Shown: positions 38,690-51,442, numbered from the whole stretch's first letter. The stretch: DNA of 63,212 nucleotides, filler included, from Octopus bimaculoides (GCF_001194135.2; 9 parts of 6 records of this genome joined end to end with filler, not necessarily neighbours in it), one strand, 5' to 3'. The notes: generated by a model from the letters alone, not told the origin. Numbers and translations: made by a program.

Positions 38690-39140
38690 GAGCCAAGTGA
38701 AATTGTAGTCGTGGCCAATGCCAGTGTCACCTGACTGGCTCCCCATGCCAGTGGCACATAATAAGCATCATTTGAATGTGTCCGATGCCAGTGCCACCTC
38801 ACTGGCTCCCCGTACTGGTAGCACGTTATAAGCACCATTCGAATGTGGTCGATGCCAGTGCCCCTTGACTACCTCCCTATGCCAGTGGCACATAATAAGC
38901 ACCATTCGTACGTGGTGGATATCAGTGCCCCTGACTGGCTCCCATGCTGGTGGCATGTAAAAAACACCCACTACACTCTCGGAGTTGTTCTTGTTAGGAA
39001 GGGCATCCAGCTGTAGAAACCTTGCCAGATCAGACTGGAACCTGGTGCAGCCTACTGACTTGCCAGTCACTCAATCAAACCGTCCAACCCATACCAGCAT
39101 GGAAAACGAACGTTAAATGATGATGATGATGATGATGATT
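38690..39140 (+). mobile_element. SINE family E with internal 67-bp tandem array (about 3.6 units)
   Basis: Units start at 38720, 38787, 38854 and 38921, followed by the conserved body and (GAT)n tail. Confidence 0.85.
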
Positions 39141-39242
39141 TGCTCATGCTGCTGTGAAGTGAAACTGAATCCAAGGCCTAATGGTTGGAAAGCAGGCTTC
39201 TTAACGATACAGCCGGTTATATATATAATTGTATCTCTTTCT

Positions 39243-39460
39243 CTTTTCTCTCTTTTACTTGTTTCAGTCATTTGACTGCCGCCATGCTGGAGCACCGCCT
39301 TTAGTCGAGAATATCGACCCCAGGACTTATTCTTTGTAAGCCGAGTACTTATTCTATCGGTCTCTTTTTTGCCGAACCGCTAAGTTACGGGGACGTAAAC
39401 ACACCAGCATCGGTTGTCAAGCGATGGTGGGGGAATAAACACAGACACTCAAACACACAC

Positions 39461-39499
<39 letters not shown>

Positions 39500-39659
39500 T
39501 ACGACGGGCTTCTTTCAGTTTCCGTCTACCAAATCCACTCACAAGGCTTTGGTCGGCCCGAGGCTATAGTAGAAGACACTTGCCTAAGGTGCTATGCAGT
39601 GGGACTGAACCCGGAACCATGTGGTTGGTAAGCAGGCTACTTACCACACAGCCACTTCT
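39243..39659 (-). mobile_element. Full-length SINE family A
   Basis: Reverse complement of 24634-25050 with high identity. Confidence 0.9.
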
Positions 39660-40325
39660 TTAAATCAACCCCTTTAAATACAGTTTATTGCAAGTATTTA
39701 AATCTATAAAATTGAACATTTGTCATCTATGGATTTTCCACGGGTATCCCCCCGACACACAATATTTTTTTGAACTATTCTTACATCTTATCAAATACAT
39801 AAGATATCGTTATTCCCAATTATGTGTTGTTTATATCATAATTAAATGAATTAACGATTCACTGTGATCAATAAGCACAACAAAAAAAAAAACATCACTT
39901 TCTCCTCCCCTTCCTCCTCATCATTACCGAGATTATTTTGAACCTTACCATCTTCTAATGTCATCTATTGTTCTCATTCACATTTACTTATCAAACTACA
40001 ATTGTCTATTGAAAAACACATTCAATAATCCTTCATTGATACAACGCTGCCATTTCTGGCAACCAATTTATCTCAGTAAACCAACCAACCCACTAACCAA
40101 CAAACAAACAAACCAACCAACCAGTGAAGCAATCAACAAGATCAATAGATTGACTGGGAAATCATTTGCATCAGCAATTAGCTACTGTTACACTAATGAA
40201 TCAGTTGAGAGTAATTTTAATTTTCGGTTCGATTTCGTTACTGCTAAATATTCATCAGTTATTTAATCAATGTATTATTATTATTATTTTTATTATTATT
40301 ATTATTATCATTATTATTATTATTA

Positions 40326-40361
<36 letters not shown>

Positions 40362-40388
40362 TTAAGTGCATGCCATCANNNNNNNNNN

Positions 40389-40422
<34 letters not shown>

Positions 40423-40423
<1 letters not shown>

Positions 40424-40960
40424 TTAAGTGCATGCCATCAAAGTGACACTGGGGTAAAATATAGGAAGTCCAGTATACCCACCATGACTACCCGTCGGAT
40501 AAGGGTACACCAGGCACAGGCATCACAACCACATGTGTGTGACATGGTGATCTCATATCAAGATAAACAGTGCATGACCTTGCAGGTGGGGCCCAGTTAG
40601 AACTTTCTTCATGATAAGTAGTCCATCCCACTCAAAAGGTCCCTGAATAAGGGTTGTTTAAAGATGTTGAACAAAACACCCATGTTTCCAGAGGTGAATT
40701 ATTCAAATTCCAAAGAATTTCTCTCAACACATGGCTATGATGCTCTCCCACTACTTCTGCTCATGATCAGAGATGCACATATTGTCAGCTACCAAGGGAC
40801 ATGCTCAAGTGGTTAAGGTCAAACAACTGACAAGTAAATCTATGGTATTGAGCAGAATATTTGCTGTAGCCCATCTTTTATACCAAGACAAAACAATGTA
40901 CATGATAGCATTCCAGTCAGCTAAGATCAGAAGCCATGAAAGCGACTGTCTGGTACTGCA
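40423..40960 (-). repeat. Dispersed repeat family F with (AAT)n tail; inverted partial copy at 41850-42115
   Basis: catgccatcaaagtgacactggggtaaaatat...ccttgcaggtggggcccagttagaa matches the reverse complement of 41850-42090. Confidence 0.75.
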
Positions 40961-41044
40961 TCAGGGCAATTGTTATTACTATTATCACTACTACTACTAC
41001 TACTACTACTATTACTACTACTACTACTACTATTACTACTACCA

Positions 41045-41089
<45 letters not shown>

Positions 41090-41184
41090 TGCCAAGGTCA
41101 GCTTTGATGAAATGGGATTGATGAAATCGATGAGTCGCCTCCCACCAAATTTCAGGCCTTGTGCCTTTAGTAGAAACGATTATT

Positions 41185-41450
41185 ATTATAATTATTATTG
41201 TTATTTTTTATTCACCTAACTTCTGATTACTCTATGCCATGTCTTAGCTCTATCCTGCAGATTAGAGATGCAACACTTTCCTCAACACAAGAGCTGTTCT
41301 ACGTATTGCTGCCATCTGAATGCTTCTTAAGAAGTTTGGTATTTGCAGCTTTTGGTACCAGAATATTGCTCTCTTTGACATGACCCCAAGTGCACCAATC
41401 ACAGTAGGTACCGCACTTACTTTTGAAACTCTATAAATTATTTTCACTTC
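41185..41450 (-). mobile_element. Extreme 3' end of an R4/Dong-type retrotransposon followed by (TAA)n
   Basis: VSAVPTVIGALGVMSK...WYQKLQIP...IQMAAIRRTALVLRKVLHL*, then a short UTR and TAA repeats. Confidence 0.7.
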
Positions 41451-41613
41451 CATCATCATCATCATCATCATCATTATTAAGGTGGCGAGCTGGCAGAATC
41501 GTTAGCTCACTGGATGAAATACCTAGTGGTATTTCGCCTGTTGCTACGTTCTGAGTTCAAATTCTGCCGAGGTCAACTTTGCCTTTCATCCATTTAGGGT
41601 CGATAAATTAAGT

Positions 41614-41831
41614 AGGGTCAAGGTTAGGGTTTTAGGGTTAGGGTTAGGGTTTTAGAGTTAGGGTTAGAGTTAGGGTTTTAGGGTTTGGGTTAGGGAATTC
41701 CGTCCCTAACCGTAGCCCTAACCCTAACCCTAAAACCCTAACCCCGACCCTAAAACGCTAACCCTGACCCTAAAACCCTAACCCAAACACCCTATTGAAG
41801 ATCGTGCGGGTGTTAATCTGAAAAATTACCG
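41614..41831. repeat. Inverted telomere-like block (TTAGGG)n-aattccgt-(CCCTAA)n followed by a MITE-like end
   Basis: G-rich arm 41614-41695, C-rich arm 41704-41792, then gaagatcgtgcgggtgttaatctgaaaaattaccg. Confidence 0.85.
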
Positions 41832-42314
41832 TGTTTTCTTCGGTTCCATTGTGAAGACTGTTGTTTCATTCAACATCCTTAAACATACATTATTCAGGGA
41901 CCTTCTGTATGGAATGGGCCACACGACCTGAAGAAAATTCTAACTGGGCCCCACCTGCAAGGTCATGCACTGTTTATCTTGATATGGTTGTGATGCATGT
42001 GCCTGGGGTACCCTTATCAGACAGGTAGTCATGATGGGTATACTGGGCTTCATATATTTTACCCCAGTGTCACTTTGATGGCATGTACTGCTCTCTCACT
42101 CAATAACAATAACAATAAAAGTAATCATCATCATCATCATCATCGTCGTCGTCGTCGTCGTCGTCATCGTCGTCATTTAACATCCACTTTCCATGCTGGC
42201 ATGGGTTGGACGGTTTGACTGAGGACTGGTGAGCCAGAAGGCTGCACCAGGCTCAATCTGATATGGCAAAGTTTCTACAGCTGGATGCCCTTCCTAACGC
42301 CAATAAGAATAAAT

Positions 42315-42364
<50 letters not shown>

Positions 42365-42794
42365 TGCATCTCCTGTATCTACACTCTGTCCTGATTTGCA
42401 TTTATGCAATAATATCAAAATATCAGGATTATTTGCTTATTTATTTGCAAGTAAATAGGTAAAAAGTTGACAGTTAAATATTATCATCAAGTCACGTAGA
42501 GTTATCTGCTCTTGTATAGATGCGATGCTTTGTTTGATTTCTTCACTAAATACAATTCTTGTTTATGATATCTTCCTTTCATCTCATCTGCTCTATTCTC
42601 TCTCTTTCTGACAACCAATCAAATTCTCAGTGAGTGTAACAATCTGAAAAATATTCTCTCAATTTTAGAAAATTGTTTTTTTCTTATTGTGTTAATACTC
42701 AAACTGTGAAATTATTACAGTGAATGAATAAGCTCAGCTTTTAATTAACATACACACATTAATACACACAAATGCACATGTATATAATCAGCAT

Positions 42795-42859
<65 letters not shown>

Positions 42860-43039
42860 CATATGTATTTATATATACATCATATATATACATATGATAC
42901 ACATATATCATATATCACATATATATATATATCGTATATATNNNNNNNNNNNNNNNTATATATATATATATATGTAATATATATATCATATATATATTAT
43001 ATATATATGTATATCACACATATATATATATATATATAT

Positions 43040-43077
<38 letters not shown>

Positions 43078-43159
43078 TATATATATATATACATATATAT
43101 ACATAATCATATATATATATAATCACATATATATACATAATCATATATAATCATATATA

Positions 43160-43390
43160 CAAGGTGGTATCAAAAAGTTCCCGGACTAGTTCTGTAGCAC
43201 ACCAGCAGGTGGCAGCACACAGTTGCAGGCACTGTGAAAACTAGCACTGACCTTCATCAGGAAGTGTGTCGAGTGACATCACTATGTTTACTTTGCAAGT
43301 TGTGAAAATTGCGTTTTTCTGATCACGTGTACACAGTACAAAGAGCCAACGTGAAATTCTGTGTTTAAACTTGAGAAGTCATCGCTGGTG
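43160..43390 (+). mobile_element. Mariner 5' end (TIR plus transposase start)
   Basis: TA|CAAGGTGGTATCAAAAAGTTCCCGGACT; QRANVKFCV(fs)KLEKS at 43339-43381 resembles the mariner N-terminus. Confidence 0.7.
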
Positions 43391-43438
43391 AAGAGAGTTG
43401 GGTCTTCAGAGTATCGGACAGGCTGAGTGTGTAATATA

Positions 43439-43810
43439 GTTTTGTTGGCACTCCGTCGCTTACGACGTCGAGGGTTCCAGTTGATCCGATCAACGGAACA
43501 GCCTGCTCGTGAAATTAACGTGCAAGTGGCTGAGTACTCCACAGACATGTGTACCCTTAACGTAGTTCTCGGGGATATTCAGCGTGACACAGTGTGACAA
43601 GGCTGACCCTTTGAATTACAGGCACAACAGAAACAGGAAGTAAGAGTGAGAGAAAGTTGTGGTGGAAGAGTACAGCAGGGTTCGTCACCATCCCCTGCCG
43701 GAGCCTCGTGGAGCTTTAGGTGTTACTCACAACGCCCGGTCTGGGAATCGAAATCGTAATCCTATGACCGCGAGCCCGCTGCCCTAACCACTGGGCCATT
43801 GCGCCTCCAC
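43439..43810 (-). mobile_element. Full-length SINE family C (tRNA-like head, tail type 1) with 10-bp TSD
   Basis: TSD gtgtaatata at 43429-43438 and 43811-43820; head gtggaggcgcaatggcccagtggttagggcagc. Confidence 0.9.
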
Positions 43811-44162
43811 GTGTAATATATATACATATAACTACATGAATAAACCCCCCCCCACCACCACCACTACCACCACTACATAACCATCGCTTCACAGGAATTA
43901 CCTATCATTAGTATTACAACCAAAGCAATAACAACAGCTAGCAGCTCAAGAACAGCAATAGCTGCATTCAAGTGCACAGTGAGGAAATGCCAAGGCATGT
44001 ATAACGTCAAGTATTAGCAAAGATTAGTAAATATTTCATTGATGTTGCTGTTTGATTTACCAGATTCTGATCAATACTTCGCAGAGAAATGTGAATACAT
44101 TATAGCTCTGTCTTACAATAAACTACATGTATATACACATGTATATACACATGTATATAGGC

Positions 44163-45085
44163 GCGGGAGTAGCTGTGTGGTAAGTAGCTTGCTTACCAAC
44201 CACATGGTTCTGGGTTCAGTCCCACTGCGCGGCACCTTGGGCAAGTGTCTTCTACTATAGCTTCGGGCTGACCAAAGCCTTGTGAGTGGATTTGGTAGAC
44301 GGAAACTGAAAGTGCTTTTTAAGTGGCATCAGCACTGGCAGGGTCACACAAATACATATTTTTTTATGTTTTTTAATGGTTTTAGCTGTAAGACTGCGGC
44401 CATACTGGAACACTGCCTCAATTTATTTTCTGAACATTGGTCTATGATTGAGTTTGTAGCAGCTGATCTTTGCTGAGTGCATCCTTGAATGGTTGACTGG
44501 TCTGATACTTTATTTACATTATTTACAATTGATGGATATTTCTCCTCATCTTGTTTGTTGTTAACTCAACGTTTTGGCTGATATACCCTGTGTCATTGAT
44601 TCTGCTATCGCCTGTGTCATTGATTCTGCTATTATCACTCCAAAAATAATAGAATGGATAAATAATAGAATGGATAATAATAGAATTAATGAAACCTTCG
44701 CAAATTAATTTTTCGTATATATATATCATCGTCGTCGTCATTTAACGTCTGCTTTCCATGCTAGCATGGCTTGGACGATTTGACTGAGGACTGGTGAAAC
44801 CAGATGGCTACACCAGGCTCCAATCTGATATATATATATATAATATATATGTATGTATGTATATGTATGTGTGTGTGTGTGTTTGTGTGTCTGTGTTTGT
44901 TCCCACAACATTGCTTGACAACCAATGCTGGTGTGTTTACATCTTCATAACTTAGCGGTTCAGCAAAAGCGACCGATAGAATAAGTACTAGGCCTACAAA
45001 GAATAAGTCCTGGGGTTGATTTACTCGACTAAAGGCGGTGCTCCAGCATGGCCACGGTCAAATGACTGAAACAAATAAAAGAACA
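44163..45085 (+). mobile_element. SINE family A 5' half (44163-44310) and 3' half (44870-45085), separated by about 560 bp that includes a family E fragment
   Basis: Both halves match 24634-25050. Confidence 0.75.
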
Positions 45086-45399
45086 GAAGAATAAAATTCA
45101 CAGGATTTCCCCTGAATGAGATGCCAATCCATTGCAGGTTTATTCATTTACAGATGAGTGGACTGGGGCAATGTAAAGAAAATGAAGTATATTTTGTTCA
45201 AGAACACAACATTCCAACTGATCCAAGAATCGAAACTATGAACTAGTGATTGTGAGTGAAATACCCTAACCACTAGGCCACTTTGTCCAAATGCAAACCA
45301 TCTGATTCAGCACTGTTTCAATTCTATCTAATTAGTACTCCTCATTCATTGGACAATGAACTTTGCTTGAGGAAAGTGTAAACAAATCAAAATCACTGA

Positions 45400-45882
45400 C
45401 GTGGCTGATGACAGTACCACCTGATTGGCACTTGTGCTGGTGGAATGTTAAAAGCTCATCCGAACATTATCGTTGCCAAGGCTACAAATTGGCTCCTGTT
45501 CCGGTGACACGTGAAAAGTACCATTCAAGTGTGATCATTGCCAGTGTCGCCTTACCAGCACATGTGCCAGTGGCATGTGAAAAACAGCATTCGAGCATGG
45601 TCATTGCTAGTGCCACCAGACTGGCCCCCATGCAGGTAGCACGTAAAAAACACCTTTTGAGCATGGTCGTTGCCAGAACTGCCTGACTGGTCCTCATGCT
45701 GGTGGCACGTAAAAGCACCCACTATACTCTCAGAGTGGTTAGCGTTAGGAAGGGCATCCAGCTGTAGAAACTTTGTCAGATCAGATTGAGCCTGGTGCAG
45801 CCTCTAGCTCACCAGTTCTCAGTCAAACTGTCCAACCCATGCCAGCATGGAAAGTGGATGTTAAACAATGATAATGATGATA
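45400..45882 (+). mobile_element. SINE family E with internal 65-66-bp tandem array (about 4.7 units)
   Basis: Units start at about 45410, 45475, 45540, 45606 and 45672, followed by the conserved body and (GAT)n tail. Confidence 0.85.
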
Positions 45883-46800
45883 TAATACAGATCTCACTGT
45901 TTCTTGGTCTCCCCTTTTGAGAATTTTAACCACCCCTCCCTTGCATGTTCCATTTATGGCATAGTTTCTGTGGTTTGATGTTCTTCCTGATGCCAACCAT
46001 TTTGCAGAGTATACAAGAAATATTTTATTTTGGCACTGGTACTCTTGGCCTCATGGAAACTGAAGAACTATCTCTACCTTCTTCCACTGTCTCTGTTTAT
46101 TCATAAACCACTTCAAAGAGTTCTGCATTGCATTTTACTGTGACACAAATACTAGAGGGGTTGCTTTGCCCCTCACAACACTAAAAGGGTCTTCTCTATG
46201 TTGTCCTTGTTTGTTGAAGATAATATGGCCAAGAGGGTGAACAGAAGAGAGAAAGAGAGAGAGAGAGAGGGGGGGAGAGGGAGAGAGAGTCATAGGCAAC
46301 TACATGTTGGTTGTTGGTAAGGAGATTGAATACAAAAAAAAAATAGTATATCTGGATGAGATAAGAGAGAGTGATAGGAGGAAAACAGAGTGATGGAAGA
46401 GACAGTAACGAAAGTGAAAAAGATTGATGGGTGGCAACAAGGAGTGATGATGGATGGAGTAATATGACAGAGTGATGTATAGAAATAAAGATAGGTAATG
46501 GTGAGAGAGGATGATGCATGTCAGTTATGAATGTTAAGGAAAGGGGGAGAGAACGAGAGAGAGAGAGAGTGAGGGTTAGTAATAAAGGCATGTAACAACG
46601 ATTGGGTATGAACAAATCTAGTGTTATCCTTCATTATAGGGGCAATGAAATGGGAGACAAGTACAGTGATTAAGAAGTGATGCTGTGTAGTGGTTGGATC
46701 CTAGTTCGTCTGTTATTGTTGATGATGGTCAAGAAAATCACATGAGAGAAGAAGGTGGGGCACAATGTAACCAGCTGTGGCCAATCAGTTAGATAGATGC

Positions 46801-46835
<35 letters not shown>

Positions 46836-47195
46836 AGCAGGTAGATTTAAATGGGTGGTTAGGTGCATAGGTAGGGTGGTATGTATATTTATATATATNN
46901 NNNNNNNNNNNNNNNNNNNNNNNNNNNNNNNNNNNNNNNNNNTTAATTAATTAANNNNNNNNNNNNNNNNNNNNNNNNNNNNNNNNNNNNNNNNNNNNGA
47001 CGATTGTGATGGTGGTGATGGTGGTGGTAGCGGTGGTGGTGGCAGCGGCGGTGGTGGTGGTGGTGGTGGTGGTTTTCATGCTAATTGCTGTGATGATGAT
47101 GATGATGATGAGGAGGAGGAGGAGGAGGAGGAGGAGGATGGGGATAGTGGTAGTGGGAAGGTGTGAAATGTCGCGAGGTGATGGAGAGAGAGGGA

Positions 47196-47227
<32 letters not shown>

Positions 47228-47256
47228 AAGACTGAGAGAGGAAGAGAGAGGGAGAA

Positions 47257-47288
<32 letters not shown>

Positions 47289-47437
47289 CAAGCGGTTAAA
47301 AAAAGCACAAAAAAAACAACGAAAAAGATAATAACGTCAAACCGAAAAACCGGAAAAAGAAATAAATAAATACAAACAAAACAAGAGCAGAGTTTACATA
47401 CTTATACATTCTTTGCGTATATTCATCAACAACACAG

Positions 47438-47745
47438 GGTAAACATCAGAAAAAGCTGTGTGCTGTACATAAAGGATGCTGCAAACATATTGAATGAAAG
47501 GTAAGTAGCACACGTTAGCACACGCAAGTCTCCTTGTTTGAGAGGCGCGGTGAAGCAGAAGGGTTGGCTGAAAGCTTTGTATAAAATCCGAACGTTTCCA
47601 ATGGTTGTAAAGTCAGGATGCCATAGAAAAAAATGCTCGGTTTTCTCTCCAATATTTAGCGTGAATGTACTTGAATTATGTAGAGTTTTTCACGATCTTT
47701 ATATACAGGCGCGAGCGCGACTAGAGGCGCCATCATGGCTGCGTG
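47438..47745 (+). CDS. Candidate exon pair 47438-47500 and 47660-(47745): VNIRKSCVLYIKDAANILNE-S-VNVLELCRVFHDLYIQ...
   Basis: AG|GTAAGT donor at 47501 and ttttctctccaatatttAG acceptor at 47658-47659. The phase-2 join is in frame and open. The 3' limit is uncertain because it runs into a SINE head. Confidence 0.3.
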
Positions 47746-48115
47746 TGGTAAGAGGCTTGACTTCCAGCCACAAGGTACCGGGTTNNNNNNNNNNNNNNNN
47801 NNNNNNNNNNNNNNNNNNNNNNNNNNNNNNNNNNNNNNNNNNNNNNNNNNNNNNNNNNNNNNNNNNNNNNNNNNNNNNNNNNNNNNNNNNNNNNNNNNNN
47901 NNNNNNNNNNNNNNNNNNNNNNNNNNNNNNNNNNNNNNNNNNNNNNNNNNNNNNNNNNNNNNNNNNNNNNNNNNNNNNNNNNNNNNNNNNNNNNNNNNNN
48001 NNNNNNNNNNNNNNNNNNNNNNNNNNNNNNNNNNNNNNNNNNNNNNNNNNNNNNNNNNNNNNNNNNNNNNNNNNNNNNNNNNNNNNNNNNNNNNNNNNNN
48101 NNNNNNNNNNNNNNN

Positions 48116-48337
48116 CACCAGCTGGACGGGACGCCAGTCCATCGCAACGTTACTCAAGAAACAGGAAGAAAGAGTGAGAGAATGTTGGGGCGAAAGAGTA
48201 CAACAGGGGTGGTCACCACCCCCTGCCGAAGCCTCGTGGAGCTTTAGGTGTTTTCGTTCAATAAACACACACAACGCCCGGTCTGAGAATCGATTCCGTG
48301 AAACCGTTGCCCTAACCACTGGGCCATTGTGCCTCCA
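48116..48337 (-). mobile_element. SINE family C with tail type 2, cut by a gap
   Basis: Same head and body as 43439-43810, then gcgatggactggcgtcccgtccagc. Confidence 0.8.
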
Positions 48338-48352
48338 TACACACACACACAC

Positions 48353-48406
<54 letters not shown>

Positions 48407-48439
48407 GTGAGAATTTACAATTTCTGTACAGTTTTCCAT

Positions 48440-48700
48440 ACTGTACTAAGTGTTGTTAGGCTATATGAAAATCTTCATCTATTTTAATCTAGAATTTTCG
48501 TTTAGACGGTCCGGTAATAAGCACCTCCACAGTAACAAGACAATTTGTTAACAATGTGTAAAGCGGGGCTTCATCTTGTAACAGATTATAAATATTTAAC
48601 ACTGTCGAATTATTTTTTCTTGATCTAAGCAAGGGCAGCAACGTTGACCACAACATACACTACGCGGTGCTGAAGACACAACTTTCGAAACACGTCTAAA
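48440..48700 (+). pseudogene. Possible highly decayed non-LTR RT fragment
   Basis: By-eye motifs LSVVRLYENL...HLHSNK...Q..KRG.SC...FFLDLSKGSNVDHNI resemble the CR1/L2-type FLDLSKAFDxVDH region; needs frameshifts. Confidence 0.25.
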
Positions 48701-49123
48701 GATAGTGGCAAGAAGTTTTAATACACTTTCTTATATTGAATTCAAATTTCAATATCGATTTAATGTTGGTGTCTAACATAATTACAAAAGCAAAAATTCG
48801 GAGAGTAAATATAACCGAGTAGATTGACACAAGTACTAACATGGTACTTATATTCGATCGATCCCAGACGTATGAAAAGCTAATCGATCTCCACAACATT
48901 TGAACACATGAGCACAAGTTTAATATTGAAAACGAATTGTCTCTACAGCTTGAATATTAAAAAGTATCAGCGCAATATCCTTTTTAGAATATACTGCCAC
49001 ACAAAACTTACTTGTGTGTTTATGTGTGTGTGTGAGTGTGTGTGAGTGTGTGTGTGTGTGTATATCTATATCTATATATATAAATATATACACACATACA
49101 TATATGTATATATTTATATATGC

Positions 49124-49160
<37 letters not shown>

Positions 49161-49542
49161 NNNNNNNNNNNNNNNNNNNNNNNNNNNNNNNNNNNNNNNN
49201 NNNNNNNNNNNNNNNNNNNNNNNNNNNNNNNNNNNNNNNNNNNNNNNNNNNNNNNNNNNNNNNNNNNNNNNNNNNNNNNNNNNNNNNNNNNNNNNNNNNN
49301 NNNNNNNNNNNNNNNNNNNNNNNNNNNNNNNNNNNNNNNNNNNNNNNNNNNNNNNNNNNNNNNNNNNNNNNNNNNNNNNNNNNNNNNNNNNNNNNNNNNN
49401 NNNNNNNNNNNNNNNNNNNNNNNNNNNNNNNNNNNNNNNNNNNNNNNNNNNNNNNNNNNNNNNNNNNNNNNNNNNNNNNNNNNNNNNNNNNNNNNNNNNN
49501 NNNNNNNNNNNNNNNNNNNNNNNNNNNNNNNNNNNNATATAT

Positions 49543-49575
<33 letters not shown>

Positions 49576-49661
49576 CGCATATACATATATATATATGTAT
49601 ATATGCATGTATATATGTATCTATCTTTAAATAAGTGTGAACCTGTATGTACGTATGAATG

Positions 49662-49693
<32 letters not shown>

Positions 49694-49942
49694 AATCTAT
49701 CTATCTATCTATCTATCAATCTATCTATCTATCTATTTATGTGAGCACAGACCATAAACACAGAGTAACACATGATGGTTCACACCTCCATATAGCGTTC
49801 ATGTAGCTATGCCTGTAGGCGTAAATTTCCTTACTTTACACCAAAAAATTGTTTCTCCTACAATGTACGTCCTATAGAATATTCAACAAAACACCTTTGA
49901 AATTTCAATATGTTCCCCTGTTTCTCACTCTGTCTGTCTGTA

Positions 49943-49987
<45 letters not shown>

Positions 49988-50520
49988 ATACATACATACA
50001 TATACACACGCATACACGCACACACGCATACATATATACATCCGTACGTACGTACATACATACGCATATGTCTGTATACAAAAACATATACCTATATAAG
50101 TATACAGACATAAACATATACAAATATATACATTATATATACGTATATACATACACCACGCACACACATACACACGCATGCGCGGAAGTATTTATATGCT
50201 TATTCAATGAATCCGAAGATTTGTTCGTAAACAATATTTACCAAAATTCTAGTAAGTAAAAGAAATTTTAAACTGTCATAAAGAATTGTAAACACAGACG
50301 TCAAGAAATTTAATTAACACTATATCTTTTCTCCATAATTTGCCAAAAATTACGTATGAATCTTATCTCTTCACGTGTGATAACAACAGCAGAAAGCAAG
50401 AACAAAGAAATTCAAATTGACAATGACCTCTGTTGGGAAATTCTTTTTCAAATGTAAATATCTCCGTCAGATGAACATTGTCCTCCCCAAAACACAGATT
50501 AATAGTAATACGAAGAATAG

Positions 50521-50623
<103 letters not shown>

Positions 50624-50714
50624 CTTTTCTACTCTAGGCACAAGGCCCGAAATTCTGGGCGAGGGGACAGTCGATTAGATCGACCCCAGTACGCAACTAG
50701 TAACACAAAGTAAC

Positions 50715-50981
50715 ACAATGAAGTTTTGACAAAGATTTTACCACCAGACGAGAGGTTGCGCCATGGATACTCCTTTGGCGGTTAATTTCGCTAATGCCTT
50801 CGTGACGAAATTCGAAACACAGTTACTGAAGACATTCAAATCCTTTCATGGTCATGAACTAATTCTTTGCTTACGGTTCATTGATGACGTTTTTTTGTTT
50901 TCTTTTTGTCTAGGAAGGCTCACGGATAGTTTAATTGACTTCTTGCATTTCTGTGACGCTTATGCTAAAAACTATGGTTAA
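50715..50981 (+). mobile_element. Penelope-like element reverse transcriptase fragment
   Basis: FYHQTRGCAMDTPLAVNFANAFVTKFETQLL...LRFIDDVF matches the PLE RT pattern YxQxxGxAMGxPxAxxxANxF...RY/FIDD. Confidence 0.75.
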
Positions 50982-51403
50982 ATTAACTACCAGTGAAACA
51001 CTGGGGTCGCCAGTAATCGACAAGTTTCATCCCCACAGATTTCAGGTCTTGAGCCTTCAGCAGAAAGGGTCATCATTATTGTTATTTACTCTAATCGGCA
51101 TAGTAGTTAATTTACCATTATTCTGGAAGCAGTGTGGAATGCAATAGTCTTCGTAGAGCTCGAAACATACAAGCAGTGGTTGTACATGTTTCCGTACACA
51201 CAAGATGCACGATATATATATATATATATATATATGCTTGTATATATAAATATATACATATAAACACATACATAAATAAATGTGTATATAAGTACACATA
51301 TGTACAATATTTATATGTACAGTACATGCGTGTGTGAGTACTGATATGCATATATATTTAAATATATATGTGTGTGTGTCTATACATATGTGTGTATATA
51401 ATG

Positions 51404-51442
<39 letters not shown>

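Noticed and set aside
40350-40440. Tandem duplication of attcttaagtgcatgccatca
   Set aside because: The copies flank a 10-N gap with different (ATT)n lengths; probably overlapping contig ends or alleles.
44588-44690. Adjacent 24-bp and 16-bp tandem duplications
   Set aside because: Ordinary slippage duplications with no further structure.
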